A stretch of 64,000 nt of DNA. Source: an uncultured Actinomycetota bacterium (GTDB lineage: Bacteria; Actinomycetota; Actinomycetes; Propionibacteriales; Propionibacteriaceae). The stretch is taken from contig CAWCUX010000009.1 in assembly GCA_963798885.1 (NCBI GenBank), positions 33,477 to 97,476 on the forward strand, written 5' to 3'. Made by a program: the position numbers and the translations under genes. This document shows, in pieces, positions 24,730 through 37,716 of this stretch; position 1 is the stretch's first letter, and each line of letters starts with the position of its first letter. The notes beneath the pieces are model-generated. The model ran no database searches and had not been told where the DNA came from. It worked only from the letters and a program-made list of their open reading frames with translations.

Positions 24730-25500
24730 GTGATCCTCGCAATCTCTTGCAGGCATCGTCATCGGAGTCGTCCTCGGCGCACTCGGTGGTGGGGGTTCGA
24801 TCCTCGCGGTGCCGGTGCTCGTCTACGCGTTGCACCAGAGCGCGCACGCCGCCACCACCGAATCACTCGTCGTGGTCGGCACCACCGCACTCGTCGCCGC
24901 GCTGGGGCACCATCGCCGCGGCAACGTGCGCTGGGGCCAGGGCCTGCTGTTCGGCGTTCTCGGGGCCCTGGGTACCTGGGCCGGTGGCCAGGCCTCCCAG
25001 CACATCAGCCCACGACTGCTGCTGGTGTCGTTCGCGGTGCTGCTCGTCGTCGTGGCCGCGCTGATGTGGCGCAAGTCGATGCCGCGGCGCACCCGGCTGG
25101 TCACCGATCACCGGCCGATCGTGTGGACGCCGCGGCGCATCCTCAGGCTGCTGCTCACGGCGTCGGCCGTGGGACTGCTTGTCGGGTTCTTCGGGGTCGG
25201 CGGCGGTTTCGCCGTCGTGCCCGCTCTCGTGCTCGCCCTCGACACGCCGATGACCGTCGCGGTGGGCACGTCGTTGCTCGTCATCGCGGTGAACTCGGCG
25301 ACGGCCCTGGCGAGCCGGCTCGGCTCGGGGGCGCACCATCGACTGGGGCGTGGTGCTGCCGTTCACCGTCGCCGCCGCCGCTCGCCAGCCTGGTCGGTGG
25401 CCACGTCGCGTCGCGCCTGCCCTACCGCATCCTCACCCGCGCGTTCGCCGGGATCCTGGCACTGGTCGCCGCCTACATGCTGGTCCGCAGCCTGGGGTGA
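24730..25500 (+). pseudogene. TauE/SafE-family sulfite/anion exporter, frame broken about 3 times.
   Basis: GTG 24730 (VILAIS...), then ...GIVIGVVLGALGGGGSILAVPVLVYAL... (frame of ORF 24809), ...IDWGVVLPFTVAAAA (frame of ORF 25350), and ...ASLVGGHVASRLPYRILTRAFAGILALVAAYMLVRSLG* (frame of ORF 24730). Confidence 0.75.
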
Positions 25501-25516
25501 GGCCGCCGGGTGCGCG

Positions 25517-26313
25517 TCACACCGACAGGGCCGGGCTGGCCATCCGCCAGATCTGCTCGGTGCCCGCCCCGATGAGGCCGGGCCCGACGTCCCCGGCACG
25601 GTAGTCCCGACCGTCGCGCAGCCGGGTCACCCCACCCGTCTCGCGCAACAGCAGCGACCCCGGCACGTGGTCCCAGGGATGCAGATTCTTGTAGACGACG
25701 AAATCGATGCGCTCCGGTGGCGACGCGTCGGGTAGTCGATGCCGGCGGCGAACGCGCCGTAGACGATCGGTGACAGTGTGGCGTCGGCGTCGAAGCCGAT
25801 GAGCCGTCGCTGGGACGCGAGCCCCTGCGGCCGCGTGGCCGCGCCCGCCCGGCGCGGCATCGCCAGCCCGTCGCACATCGCACCCGCCCCCTCCTCGGCG
25901 ACGTAGGCGTGATCGTGAACCGGCTGCAGGATCCAGGCCCGCACCGCCCGCCCCGACCTCACCTCGGCGATCATCACCGCGAAGTCGGCGCTGCCCCTGA
26001 CGAAGTTCCGGGTGCCGTCGACGGGGTCGATCAGAAAGGCGTGGTCGGCCGCCCGCGGCCGACGCCCTCGAGCGCCGGATCGACGAAGCACGCTTCCTCG
26101 CCGATGATCAGGGCCTCGGGACACATCGCGCCGAGGGCGCGGGTGAGCGCCCTCTCGGCTTCCCGGTCGGCGATCGTCACGTAGTCGCCGGGCGACTTCT
26201 GATCGACGTCGCCCTCCGATGAGCCGACGATGCCGGGGCAGGATGTGCTCCGCGGCGACCTCCTGCATCAACTCGAGGATCTGATCGGACGAGGGCTCGC
26301 GTCTGCTCGGCAT
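25517..26313 (-). pseudogene. Inositol monophosphatase-family protein, frame broken about 3 times.
   Basis: MPSRREPSSDQILELMQEVAAEHILP..., an out-of-frame ...SPGDYVTIADREAERAL..., ...FLIDPVDGTRNFVRGS..., and ...DFVVYKNLHPWDHVPGSLLLRETGG... (ORF 25517-25876). Switches lie near 26235, 26035 and 25735. Confidence 0.75.
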
Positions 26314-26386
26314 GCCTCCATCGTCCCCCACCGCGGCGAGTCGTCCCACCAGAAGCGGGCTCCGTCTCACCGCTGGAGGTCTGGCG

Positions 26387-27247
26387 TCACGATCGCGTGT
26401 CGAGGTGGTCCTGGGTGACGAAGTCGATGAGGCGTTCCACCTCGGTGTTGAATCGCGGATCGAGGTCGCGCCACGTCCGCACCCGTGCGAGGATCGCCTG
26501 CCAGCCGCGCGCGATGTCGGCCTGATCGCGGTGGGGCTGCCCGAGGGCGGCCAGGGTTCCCTTCTTGAAGTCGACGTCGCGGGGCACGACCGGCCAGGCC
26601 CTCAACCCGAGCGTGCCGGGCAGGACGGCGTTCCAGACATCGATGAACCGGTGGCCCGTGATCATCACGAAATCGCCGAAGCCGCTGTGGGCGACCTGGG
26701 CAGCGATCCGGGACTCCTTCGAGCCCGGCACCAGATGGTCGACGAGCACGCCGAGTCGGCGACCTGGCTCTGGTCGGAACTCGTCGACCACCGCGGACAG
26801 GTCGTCGATACCGCCCAGGAACTCGACCACCACCCCGACGTGGCGCAGGTCGTCGCCCCACACCTTCTCGACGAGTTCGGCGTCGTGGCGGCCCTCGACG
26901 TAGATCCGGCTCGGGAGTGCGACCTTCGCCCCCGCAGGGGCGCCGACGCGTGACCCGGAGGCGGTGCGGCCGGGCGCCGACGTGCCGCGGCGTGCGGGGA
27001 TCCGCAACGCGACCGGCTCCCCGTCGAGGAGGAAGCCGGGCCCGACGGGGAACGAGCGTCGCTTCTCGTGCCGGTCCTCGAGGATCACCAGCCCGTTCTC
27101 CCAGCCCACGACCGCTCCGCAGAAGCCACTCGTCGGGTCCTCGACGACCAGGTCGAGGTCGAGCACCACATCGCGGGAGGCCTTCCGGCCGGCCTGCTGC
27201 CAACCCGCGGACAGAACGTCGGGTCCGTATCTGGAGGGAAAGCTCAC
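26387..27247 (-). CDS. DUF3097-family protein.
   Basis: Within ORF 26387-27358. GTG 27247 gives VSFPSRYGPDVLSAGW...GRHDAELVEKVWGDDLR.... Location next to hemW is typical for this family in Actinobacteria (from memory). Confidence 0.7.
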   Translation of the reverse strand: MSFPSRYGPDVLSAGWQQAGRKASRDVVLDLDLVVEDPTSGFCGAVVGWENGLVILEDRHEKRRSFPVGPGFLLDGEPVALRIPARRGTSAPGRTASGSRVGAPAGAKVALPSRIYVEGRHDAELVEKVWGDDLRHVGVVVEFLGGIDDLSAVVDEFRPEPGRRLGVLVDHLVPGSKESRIAAQVAHSGFGDFVMITGHRFIDVWNAVLPGTLGLRAWPVVPRDVDFKKGTLAALGQPHRDQADIARGWQAILARVRTWRDLDPRFNTEVERLIDFVTQDHLDTRS

Positions 27248-27329
27248 GCCGGATGAGGCTACCCAATGCGGCGGGCCCGGCCGGTTAGGCACGCAGGGGC
27301 GCTCGGCCGGGCCGGGACGCCGGGATCGC

Positions 27330-28556
27330 TCAATCCAGCAGGCGACGCACGACGGCATCGGCCAGCAGCCGGCCGCGCAGCGTCAGCACCAGCCGGGCGT
27401 CAGTCCCCGCGGCTGCCGGCGTGACGTCGACCAGACCCTCGTCGACCAGCCCGGGAACACGGTCGCGCTCGGTGACGGTGAGGATCCCGACCGGCAGTCC
27501 CTCGGCGATCCGCACCTCGAGCAGAACCCGTTCGACGCGACGCTGCTCGGCGTCCAGTACCTCCCGGCCCTCGCCGGGACTGTCGCCCGCGGCGAGCAGG
27601 GCTCCGTAACGCCTGGGGTGGCGGACGTTCCACCAGCGCACGCCGCCGACGTGCGAGTGGGCACCCGGCCCGACCCCCCACCAGTCGTGGCCGCGCCAAT
27701 ACGCGAGGTTGTGCCGCGACCGGTGATGCGGCCCCCGACTCCAGTTGCTCACCTCGTACCACGAGTATCCGGCCGCGGCGAGCGTCTCCTCCGCCACCAG
27801 GTACTTGTCGGCGAGGTCGTCGTCGTCGGGCGCCGGGACCGCCCCGCGCCGGATCCGCGCGGACAGGGCGGTGCCCTCCTCGACGATCAGCGCGTAGGCG
27901 CTGAGGTGGTCGGGGCCGACACCGAGCGCCGAGTCGAGTGAGGCCCGCCAGTCGTCCAGCGACTCTCCGGGTGTGCCGTAGATGAGATCGAGGGAGATGT
28001 CGTCGAACCCGGCCGTGCGGGCCAGCCGCACCGCGTCGAGGGCACGCCCGGGCGTGTGCACTCTGTCGAGCACGCGCAGCACGTGCGGCACCGACGACTG
28101 CATGCCGAGCGAGAGCCGGGTGATCCCGCCCGACAGCAGGGCCTCCAGCACGGCGGGGGTGATCGTCTCCGGGTTCGCCTCGGTCGTCACCTCGGCGCCG
28201 GGGAGCAGCCCGAACACGTCGCGCAGGTGGTCGAGCAGCGTCGCGAGCAGCGCGGGAGGCACCATCGTCGGGGTGCCACCGCCGATGAACACCGTCGAGA
28301 GGCGGGGGGCACGCCCGCCCAGTACCCGGGCGGCGAGCTCGATCTCGGCGTGGGCCGAGCGGGCCCACACGCTCACGGCGTCCGTGTCGACCTGGTCGGG
28401 CGAGTAGGTGTTGAAGTCGCAGTACCCGCATCGCACCGCGCAGAAGGGCACATGCAGGTAGACCCCGAGCGGGGTGTCGCCCACCCGCCGGAGCGCCTGG
28501 TGCGGCAGTGCGCCATCGGACGGCACGGGGTCGCCGGGGGGCGGGGTCGAGGGCAT
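27330..28556 (-). CDS. hemW: Radical SAM heme chaperone HemW (HemN-like).
   Basis: ATG 28556 within ORF 27330-28661. LGVYLHVPFCAVRCGYCDFNTY carries the CxxxCxxC motif. 408 aa, intact. Confidence 0.9.
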   Translation of the reverse strand: MPSTPPPGDPVPSDGALPHQALRRVGDTPLGVYLHVPFCAVRCGYCDFNTYSPDQVDTDAVSVWARSAHAEIELAARVLGGRAPRLSTVFIGGGTPTMVPPALLATLLDHLRDVFGLLPGAEVTTEANPETITPAVLEALLSGGITRLSLGMQSSVPHVLRVLDRVHTPGRALDAVRLARTAGFDDISLDLIYGTPGESLDDWRASLDSALGVGPDHLSAYALIVEEGTALSARIRRGAVPAPDDDDLADKYLVAEETLAAAGYSWYEVSNWSRGPHHRSRHNLAYWRGHDWWGVGPGAHSHVGGVRWWNVRHPRRYGALLAAGDSPGEGREVLDAEQRRVERVLLEVRIAEGLPVGILTVTERDRVPGLVDEGLVDVTPAAAGTDARLVLTLRGRLLADAVVRRLLD

Positions 28557-28690
28557 GCAGGTCAGGCTACGCCGGGCTCGGGACGCGGATCGCCGACGCC
28601 GGCCGGGCCGGGCCCCGCCCGGACATACCCCCCTCCCCATGGGCCGCGCAGGGCCTGCCACTTCGGGCGATGCTGTCGTAGACTCCCCGC

Positions 28691-29983
28691 ATGCAGATCA
28701 GCCGTCGCCATCTCCTCGCCGCCGCCGGTGGACTCGCCGCCACCGCGGGCCTCGCCGCCTGTGGCAGCAACAGCGGCCTGTCCGGCAACAATTCCGGGAG
28801 TTCCTCGTCGTCCGGCGCGTCCGGTGGTTCCAAGCCCACGCTGGCCCAGTGGTACCACCAGTACGGCGAGGCGGGCACCAAGGAGGCCGTCAAGCGGTAC
28901 GCCGCCTCGTATCCCGACGCCACGGTGAACGTCACGTGGTACGCCGGCAACTACGACACCGCCGTGCCGGCGGCACTGCTCACCAACTCGTTCCCCGACG
29001 TGTTCGAGTACGCCAACGGGCCCACTCTCGACATGATCAAGGCGGGCCAGGTCGTCGACATGACCGACGTCATCGGGTCGTCGGTCAGCAAGTTCAACCA
29101 GTCGGTGATCAAGCGGCTGACGTTCCAGGGCAAGATCTGGGCGATCCCGCAGGTCATCGACATGCAGTTGCTGTACTACCGGCCTTCGCTGTTGAAGAAG
29201 GCGGGGGTGCAACCGCCGAAGACCTTCAGCGAGTTGGTCACAGCAGCCAAGGCACAGGCCACCAAGGACATGGGCGGGTTCTTCGCGGGCAACGACGGGG
29301 GCGTCGGCGTGCTGGGCAACATGTTCGTCTGGGCGTCCGGTTACGACCAGCTGAACTCCGAGCGCACGGCTCTGGGATTCCTCCAGCCGAACTTCTACGA
29401 TTCGCTGAAGGCCTATCAGACGTTCTACAAGAGCAACGCGCTGCTCAAGGCGGCGTCGAAGGACTGGTACGACGCCACGCCGTTCATCAACGGCGAGACG
29501 GCCATGCAGTGGGGCGGGCTGTGGTCGATGCCCGACGTGCAGAAGGCCTTCGGCAGCGACTTCGGCGTCGTGCCCTTCCCGGCGATGGGTACTTCGGGTC
29601 GGGTGGCGGTGCCGTTCGGTGCCTACAGCTCGTGCGTGGCCGCCAAGAGCGCGCACGTCGACGCGGCCAAGGCGTTCGCCAAGTGGCTGTGGGTCGATCA
29701 GACCGCCGACCAGGTCGACTTCGCCAACAGCTACGGCACGCACATCCCGTCGCAGACGGCGCTGGTGCCCCAGTGCTCCAAGATCGCCCAGGGTCCCGGC
29801 AAGCAGGCCGCCGACATGGTCGCCAACGAGGGATTCGCGTCCGACATCATGTGGACCGGCCCCATCGGGGATGCCTTCAGCTCGGCGATCACCAACGTGG
29901 TCGTCAAGGGCGCCGATCCGGCCACCGAGTTCAAGTCGGTGGGCACGAAGGCAGTTGCCGAGCTCAAGCGAATCAAGGGCTGA
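28691..29983 (+). CDS. Sugar ABC transporter substrate-binding lipoprotein (family 1).
   Basis: Intact 430 aa. MQISRRHLLAAAGGLAATAGLAAC|GS combines a twin-Arg signal and a lipobox. Confidence 0.85.
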   Translation: MQISRRHLLAAAGGLAATAGLAACGSNSGLSGNNSGSSSSSGASGGSKPTLAQWYHQYGEAGTKEAVKRYAASYPDATVNVTWYAGNYDTAVPAALLTNSFPDVFEYANGPTLDMIKAGQVVDMTDVIGSSVSKFNQSVIKRLTFQGKIWAIPQVIDMQLLYYRPSLLKKAGVQPPKTFSELVTAAKAQATKDMGGFFAGNDGGVGVLGNMFVWASGYDQLNSERTALGFLQPNFYDSLKAYQTFYKSNALLKAASKDWYDATPFINGETAMQWGGLWSMPDVQKAFGSDFGVVPFPAMGTSGRVAVPFGAYSSCVAAKSAHVDAAKAFAKWLWVDQTADQVDFANSYGTHIPSQTALVPQCSKIAQGPGKQAADMVANEGFASDIMWTGPIGDAFSSAITNVVVKGADPATEFKSVGTKAVAELKRIKG

Positions 29984-30975
29984 TGAGCCTCCCCGCGGAC
30001 GCGCGGGGCGGACCCGGCACCGACGCCATCACCGCCGCGCGCCGGCCTCCCACGTGGGGGCGCCGGCTGCGCGGTCGGCAGGACCGCAACCTGTGGTTCG
30101 GGCTGTTCGTGCTGCCCTTCCTCGCCGGACTGGTCGTGTTCGTCTACGTGCCGATCGGGTGGAGTGCGTACCTGTCGTTCTTCGATGCGCGCGCGACCGT
30201 CACGCCGACGAAGTTCGTGGGGCTGGCCAACTACGCGTACCTCCTGAACGACCCCGAGTTCAGGTCGTCGCTGATGGTGTTCATCGCCTTCGCGATCCTC
30301 ATCGTGCCACTGACCTACGTCTGTTCCCTGACCCTGGCGCTGCTGCTCAACGGGCTCCGGGTGGCCCAGGCGTTCTTCCGCTCGGTGTTCTTCATCCCGA
30401 CCGCCGTGTCCTATGTCATCGCCGCGATGATCTGGCGCATCTCGTTCTTCAACGGCGGCCGCTTCGGGCTGGTGAACTCGCTGCTCCGCCGGCTCGGCGG
30501 GTCGAACATCGATTGGCTGGGTGGCGCGAACTACGGCTACTGGGTCGCCCTGGTGTCCGTGCGGTTGTGGCTGCAGGTGGGCTTCTTCATGATTCTGCTG
30601 ATCGCCGGGCTCAACCGCATCCCCGGCGAGACCTACGAGGCCGCCGCCATCGACGGTGCCGACGGCTGGCGGATGCTGCGATACATCACCCTGCCGCAGC
30701 TCCGGGCCACCAGCGCGGCCGTCCTGATGCTGCTGCTCATCAACGCGTTCCAGGCGTTCGACGAGTTCTGGAACATGCTGTCAGGCGTCAACGGCACCTA
30801 CCCGCCCTACGGGCGCCCGCCCCTGGTGCACCTGTTCGTCATCAGCCTCGGCGGGTCGAACCAGGATCTCGGGTTGGGGGGTGCCGGCACGATGATCCTC
30901 ACGGTGATCATTGTCGTGTTCGGTGTCGCGCAGAACTGGCTGACGAACCGCGGCACCGAGAGGGATGAGCGATGA
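29983..30975 (+). CDS. Sugar ABC transporter permease (MalF/UgpA-like).
   Basis: ATG 29983 overlaps the SBP stop, within ORF 28474-30975. ...AAAIDGADGWRMLRYITLPQLR is the EAA-type loop. Confidence 0.85.
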   Translation: MSLPADARGGPGTDAITAARRPPTWGRRLRGRQDRNLWFGLFVLPFLAGLVVFVYVPIGWSAYLSFFDARATVTPTKFVGLANYAYLLNDPEFRSSLMVFIAFAILIVPLTYVCSLTLALLLNGLRVAQAFFRSVFFIPTAVSYVIAAMIWRISFFNGGRFGLVNSLLRRLGGSNIDWLGGANYGYWVALVSVRLWLQVGFFMILLIAGLNRIPGETYEAAAIDGADGWRMLRYITLPQLRATSAAVLMLLLINAFQAFDEFWNMLSGVNGTYPPYGRPPLVHLFVISLGGSNQDLGLGGAGTMILTVIIVVFGVAQNWLTNRGTERDER

Positions 30976-31811
30976 GGGCCGTCCGCAGCCGACGCGCCCG
31001 GGCACTGCTGGGCGTGAGGTACACCGTCCTCGTCGTGCTGGCGCTGTTCTTCCTGCTGCCGTTCTACGTGATCGTCCGCAACGCGTTCGCGTCGTCCAAG
31101 CTCATCGCCGCCGCGCAGTGGCAGTGGCTGCCCGACAAGTGGAACTTCGACAACATCACCGAGCTGTTCACCAACTCCGACGTCGAAATGGGGGCCTCAC
31201 TGTGGCACTCCGCGGTGATGTCGGTGGTGCAGACGGCGCTCACGGTGGTGGTCGCCCTGTTGGCCGGGTACGCACTCGCCCGCTACAGCCACCGCGTGGC
31301 CCGGACGCTGACGGCGTTGACGATCTTCACCCTCATGGTGCCGGCCGCCGTGACGTTCATCCCCACCTTCGTCATGACCTCGGCCCTCGGCTGGATCGAC
31401 ACCTTCCGGGGGCTCATCGTGCCGGGCATGTTCTCGGCCTTCGCCACCTACATGTTCCGCCAGTCGTTCCTCGGGTTCCCCCGGGAACTCGAGGAGGCCG
31501 CGCTCATCGACGGCGCGAACCCGTGGCGCACGTTCTGGCACGTGGTCGTGCCGAACTCGATGGGCATCGTCGGAGCCGTCGGCACGATCATCTTCATCGG
31601 GTCGTGGAACGCGTTCCTGTGGCCGATGCTCGTGACCCGCAGCGGCACCCGCACGGTGCAGGTGACCCTCAGCCAGTTCATGACATCGCAGCTCGTCAAC
31701 TACCCGGAACTGTTCGCGGGGGCGCTGGTGGCGATCATCCCGGTGCTGCTCGTGTTCCTGTTCCTGCAGCGTTTCCTCGTGCGAGGCGTCGAGACCACCG
31801 GGCTGCGCTGA
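30972..31811 (+). CDS. Sugar ABC transporter permease (MalG/UgpE-like).
   Basis: Intact 279 aa. ...LEEAALIDGANPWRTFWHVVVP.... Confidence 0.85.
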   Translation: MRAVRSRRARALLGVRYTVLVVLALFFLLPFYVIVRNAFASSKLIAAAQWQWLPDKWNFDNITELFTNSDVEMGASLWHSAVMSVVQTALTVVVALLAGYALARYSHRVARTLTALTIFTLMVPAAVTFIPTFVMTSALGWIDTFRGLIVPGMFSAFATYMFRQSFLGFPRELEEAALIDGANPWRTFWHVVVPNSMGIVGAVGTIIFIGSWNAFLWPMLVTRSGTRTVQVTLSQFMTSQLVNYPELFAGALVAIIPVLLVFLFLQRFLVRGVETTGLR

Positions 31812-31833
31812 CGCTCGTCCCCGCCGCCTCGTC

Positions 31834-33681
<1,848 letters not shown>

Positions 33682-33811
33682 TGCGGTTCCAGTTCGTCGT
33701 CCGGGTCAGGGGGGCGGGCAGCTGCCATCTTCTCACGGACCCGTCGGCGTTCCGCGCGAGAAGGCCCGCGCGGGGGTCGATCCCGGGAGCCGCATGGGGG
33801 CACCGGCCGAT

Positions 33812-33841
33812 TTGGGTGGCGTCGAAGCTCGATGGTAGATT
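33812..33841 (+). promoter_or_regulatory. Candidate sigma-A-type promoter for rpsT.
   Basis: TTGGGT (33812-33817), 18 nt spacer, TAGATT (33836-33841), about 90 nt upstream of GTG 33933. Pattern match only. Confidence 0.3.
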
Positions 33842-33932
33842 GGCTCGTCGCGTCGACAGGACGCCGCGTCCCGCGTGCGCCCTCGACTCCGCAGAATCTC
33901 CCAGTCCGTCCAGGTGTAAAGAGGCTTGCCCC

Positions 33933-34193
33933 GTGGCAAACATCAAGTCGCAGATGAAGCGCATCAAGACCAACGAGAAGGCGCGCCAGCGCAACAAGGC
34001 CGTCAAGTCGGCCCTGCGCACGCACGTGCGCAGGTTCCGTGAGGCCGTGGCCGCCGGTGACAACGAGAAGGCCGAGCTGCTCGCTCGCGCCGCCAACCGC
34101 GCGCTCGACAAGGCCGTGTCGAAGGGCGTCATCCACGCCAACCAGGCGGCGAACCGCAAGTCGGCCATCTCGCGCGCCGCCAACGCACTCTGA
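33933..34193 (+). CDS. rpsT: 30S ribosomal protein S20.
   Basis: GTG 33933. [30 protein letters not shown]...[19 protein letters not shown] (86 aa). Confidence 0.95.
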   Translation: MANIKSQMKRIKTNEKARQRNKAVKSALRTHVRRFREAVAAGDNEKAELLARAANRALDKAVSKGVIHANQAANRKSAISRAANAL

Positions 34194-34216
34194 TCAGCAT
34201 TCGCTGATCTCCTTCT
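34192..34216 (+). terminator. Possible short terminator hairpin after rpsT.
   Basis: GATCAGC-ATTC-GCTGATC followed by TCCTTCT. Only a 7-bp stem, so weak. Confidence 0.35.
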
Positions 34217-34310
34217 GACGCCAGCGTCACGATCCGACTGGGGGTCGAGATGCTGGCGTTCGGCATGCCCGCACACCCGCGGTGACCTTCCCGTGTTGGG
34301 CCGGTCGCGA

Positions 34311-35324
34311 TCAGGCGGCCTCGCCGATCGTCATGAGGTCGAGCACCATCTTCTCGAGGGCGAAGTCTGCGTCGCTGGCGGCGCCCTTGACGTCGGCGTC
34401 GGCCCGGGCCACCCGCTGGATCGCCCGGGCGACGGCCGCCGGGGCCCACAGGCGCGACTGTTTCGCGAGGTCTTTGATCTTCCAGTAGGGCACCTCGATT
34501 TCGCGGGCCAGCTCGTTGTCGGACAGCCGGGCGGAGCGCACGTCGTGGTACTTGCCGAGAGCCCGGAACGATGCGGCCATCGCGCTCGTGACGAGCACCG
34601 GGGGCACACCGGTTGTCAGCGCCCAGCGGAGCTTTTCGAGCGCGACGTCGCGGTGCTGCGCGAGCAACTCGTCGGTCACGGCGAAACTGGTGACCTCTGC
34701 GCGTCCGGCGAAGTAGCGGGTGACGAACGCCGCGGTGATCGGCTCGCCGGCGGCATCGGAACGCAACTGCTGGATCGCGGACACGACCGTGCGGAGATCG
34801 CTGCCGACCGCGTCGACCAGCGCCTGGGCGGCCTGCTGGTCGAGTTGCAGGCGGTGCTGCCGGGCCTCGTGCAGGACGAACCCGGGAACCTCCCACGCCT
34901 TGACGGGAGCGGCGTCGACCCGCTCGACCCCGGCCTTGCGCAGCTTCTCGACCAGGCCCTTGGCCTTGTTGCCGCCCCCGTGCACGAGGACGAGACACAG
35001 GTCGGGGCCGGGGTGAGCGGCCACCGCCACCAGGGCGTCGTACAGCTCGGCCGGAAGGCTGGCGAGGTCACGGATGATGGCGACGGTCGCGGCGGCGAAC
35101 AGCGAACCCCCGGTGAGTTCGGTGAGTCGGTTACCCTCGAGCTCGAGGGCCTCGACCTCTACCAGTTCGGCCTCGGGCACCTCACGGCGGGCCGCCAGGA
35201 TGCACTGGTTCACCGCCCGTTCGGCGAGCAGCGACTCGGGCCCGATGACCAGCACGGATGTGCCGAGGACCGGGCCCTGGGACCGGCCGGCGGCGGAACG
35301 GGACGTTGCGGGAGTCACGAACAC
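34311..35324 (-). CDS. holA: DNA polymerase III subunit delta.
   Basis: Intact 337 aa. Position between rpsT and comEC is the usual actinobacterial arrangement. The sequence looks HolA-like (...[22 protein letters not shown]...). Confidence 0.8.
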   Translation of the reverse strand: MFVTPATSRSAAGRSQGPVLGTSVLVIGPESLLAERAVNQCILAARREVPEAELVEVEALELEGNRLTELTGGSLFAAATVAIIRDLASLPAELYDALVAVAAHPGPDLCLVLVHGGGNKAKGLVEKLRKAGVERVDAAPVKAWEVPGFVLHEARQHRLQLDQQAAQALVDAVGSDLRTVVSAIQQLRSDAAGEPITAAFVTRYFAGRAEVTSFAVTDELLAQHRDVALEKLRWALTTGVPPVLVTSAMAASFRALGKYHDVRSARLSDNELAREIEVPYWKIKDLAKQSRLWAPAAVARAIQRVARADADVKGAASDADFALEKMVLDLMTIGEAA

Positions 35325-35360
35325 AGCATGCCAGTCGCCACCGACACCCGGCCCGCCGGA

Positions 35361-37716
35361 TCACGGGGATCCCCGCTGGACGCGGATGGCCAGGTCGTGC
35401 GCCTCACCGCGCACGGCGATCGCCCCCTGACGGTCGGTTCGCAGCACGGTCATCCCGAGTTGCCCCGCCAGGCGCAGCGACGAGGGCGCAGGATGCCCGT
35501 AGTCGTTGTCGACGCCGGCGCTCGCGACCGCGCTCACCGCGCCCGACGCCCCCCACAGGTCCGCGCTCTGGCGTGAGGAACCGTGGTGGGGCATCTTCCA
35601 CACGGTGGCATGCACATCGACACCCCGATCGAACATCCGCTGCTGCTCCTCGGCTTCGGCGTCACCCGCGATGATCACGCTCAGGGTGCCCACCGTCACC
35701 CGCAGCACCAACGACGTGTTGTTCTCGGCGGACGACTCCCCTTCGCCACCCGACGGGTCGCCACCGGCGATTCCCCCGAAGAGCACCTCAATCAGGGCGT
35801 CGCCCACGCGGACGCCCGTGGCCACCGGCGCGACCGAGATCGGCGTCGCGGCGCCGGCCGCCAGCCGGTCGACCCGCTGGGCATCGGCGCTCGGACTGAC
35901 CACCGGGTTGACCCAGATCTGGCCGACGTCGACGCCGCGCAGCACCGCGGGAAGCCCACCTGTGTGGTCGGCGTGGAAGTGGGTGAGCACGAGCAGCGGC
36001 ACGGCGCTGATCCCGAGATCGCTCAGGCACCGCGCCGCGCCGGCGTCGTCGGGGCCGGTGTCGATGAGCACGGCTGTGCCGGGCCCGGCGCGCGCGACCG
36101 TGGCGTCACCCTGCCCCACGTCGCAGAACACGACGTCCCATCTACCGGGCCAGCCCAGCGGCCTCGGTCGCACCCACGGCGTCACTGCCAGGCTGACCAG
36201 CACGACCGCGGCGAGGACGGGACGGCCGGCCAACCGGGGCACCAACACCCCGAGCAGCAGGCAGCCGAGCGCCAGCAGTCCGATGGTCACGGGAGACGCG
36301 GGCAGCGGCCACACGGCCCCGGGCGTGGCGGCCAACGACGTGGCGATCCAGATGATCGGCTGGATGCACGCCCCGGCGAGCCATCCGACCAGCCCCCCGA
36401 GTGGCGGGCTGAACAGTTGCAGCAGCGCCGCCGACGAGTCCGAGCACGGTGACCGGTGCGACGAACGGGGCGGCGAGGGCGTTGGCGAGGATCCCGACCG
36501 TGCTCACTCCCCCGCTGATGGCGGTGACCAGCGGTTGAGTGGCCAGTTGGGCGGCCAGGGGCACGAACAGCACGGGGGTGATCCACGCGGGCACCCGGTC
36601 ACCGAGCGAGCGGGCCCACGCGGTGGCCCACCAGATGATTCCCGCGGTGGCGGCGACGGACAGGGCGAATCCGACCGAACGGGAGAGCCACGGGTCGACG
36701 AGCACCACGACGATCGAGGCGGCGGCAAGGTGCCGGATGCCACGTCCGGCGCTCGCGTGCCGACCGCCTGCCGCCAGGGTGACCAGTCCCATCGCCGCCG
36801 CCCGGACCACACTCGGCTCGCCGCGGCACACGACGACGAACCCCGCGACCCCGGCGAGCGCGAGCATGTCGAGCGCCCGGCCCCGCACCCCCGACCATCG
36901 GGCCAATCCCATGATCCAGGCGAGGGTGAGGGCGAGATTCGCCCCGGACACGGCCATGAGGTGGGTGAGTGCGGTCGCCCGGAACGCGTCCTGCAGCCCG
37001 GTGCCCACGTCGGACGTGTCGCCGACGACGAGTGACGGCACGAGCCGCGCCTGGTCGGCGGGGGCCCAGCGCACCGCCTCGCGCACGGCGGCGCGGAACC
37101 GGTTGGTGGCCCGATCGACGGCGCCGGGGCCCGCGAGGAGCAGCGGAGCCTCGGCAAGACGCACCGACGCGGCCACCGGATCACCCGGGTCGCGGGGCTG
37201 CAGTAGCCCGCCCACCCGCACCTGCTGGCCGACCGGCAGCGTCGCCAAGTCGCCCGCCAGGTCGCCCGTCGCGGTGAGCCGCACCGGCACCGTCGCGTCG
37301 ACCTCGTGGCCACGCACCGTGACCTGAAGGGTGTCGGCCCGCACCACGGTGAACTCGGGCCGCGTACCCACGGCGGCATAACGCACCGGATCGGAGCTGA
37401 CGACGGCCACCAGTTGGGCGTAGCCGTGCTCGTGCGCCGGGGTCGCGAGTGGGCAGTGCTCGAGGGCGGCCAATCGCAGCATCCCGCACGTCGCGCCCAC
37501 GATCGTCATCGACGCCAGCGCGGTGAGGTGCCACACCGGCCGACCGGTCGAGCTCCGCCACAGCGTGAGCAGGCAGGCAGACGTGAGGGCGACCAGAGTG
37601 ACGACCAGCCCTGGTACCGACCAGTCCTCGGCGGTGCCCCACCAGGCTCCGGTCCACACGCCGACCGCGACCGGCACCAGCCGCAGGTCGGCGGCGCGTG
37701 GCGGCATGGCGGTCAT
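35361..37716 (-). pseudogene. comEC: ComEC/Rec2 DNA internalisation protein (competence domain + MBL domain), with a single frame break near 36430.
   Basis: N-terminal TM/competence part in ORF 36142-38067 from MTAMPPRAADLRLVP (...LTHLMAVSGANLALT...). MBL domain in ORF 35361-36335 (...VVFCDVGQGDATV...LTHFHADHTGG...MPHHGS...). ATG 37716 overlaps the comEA stop (ATGA). Confidence 0.85.
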
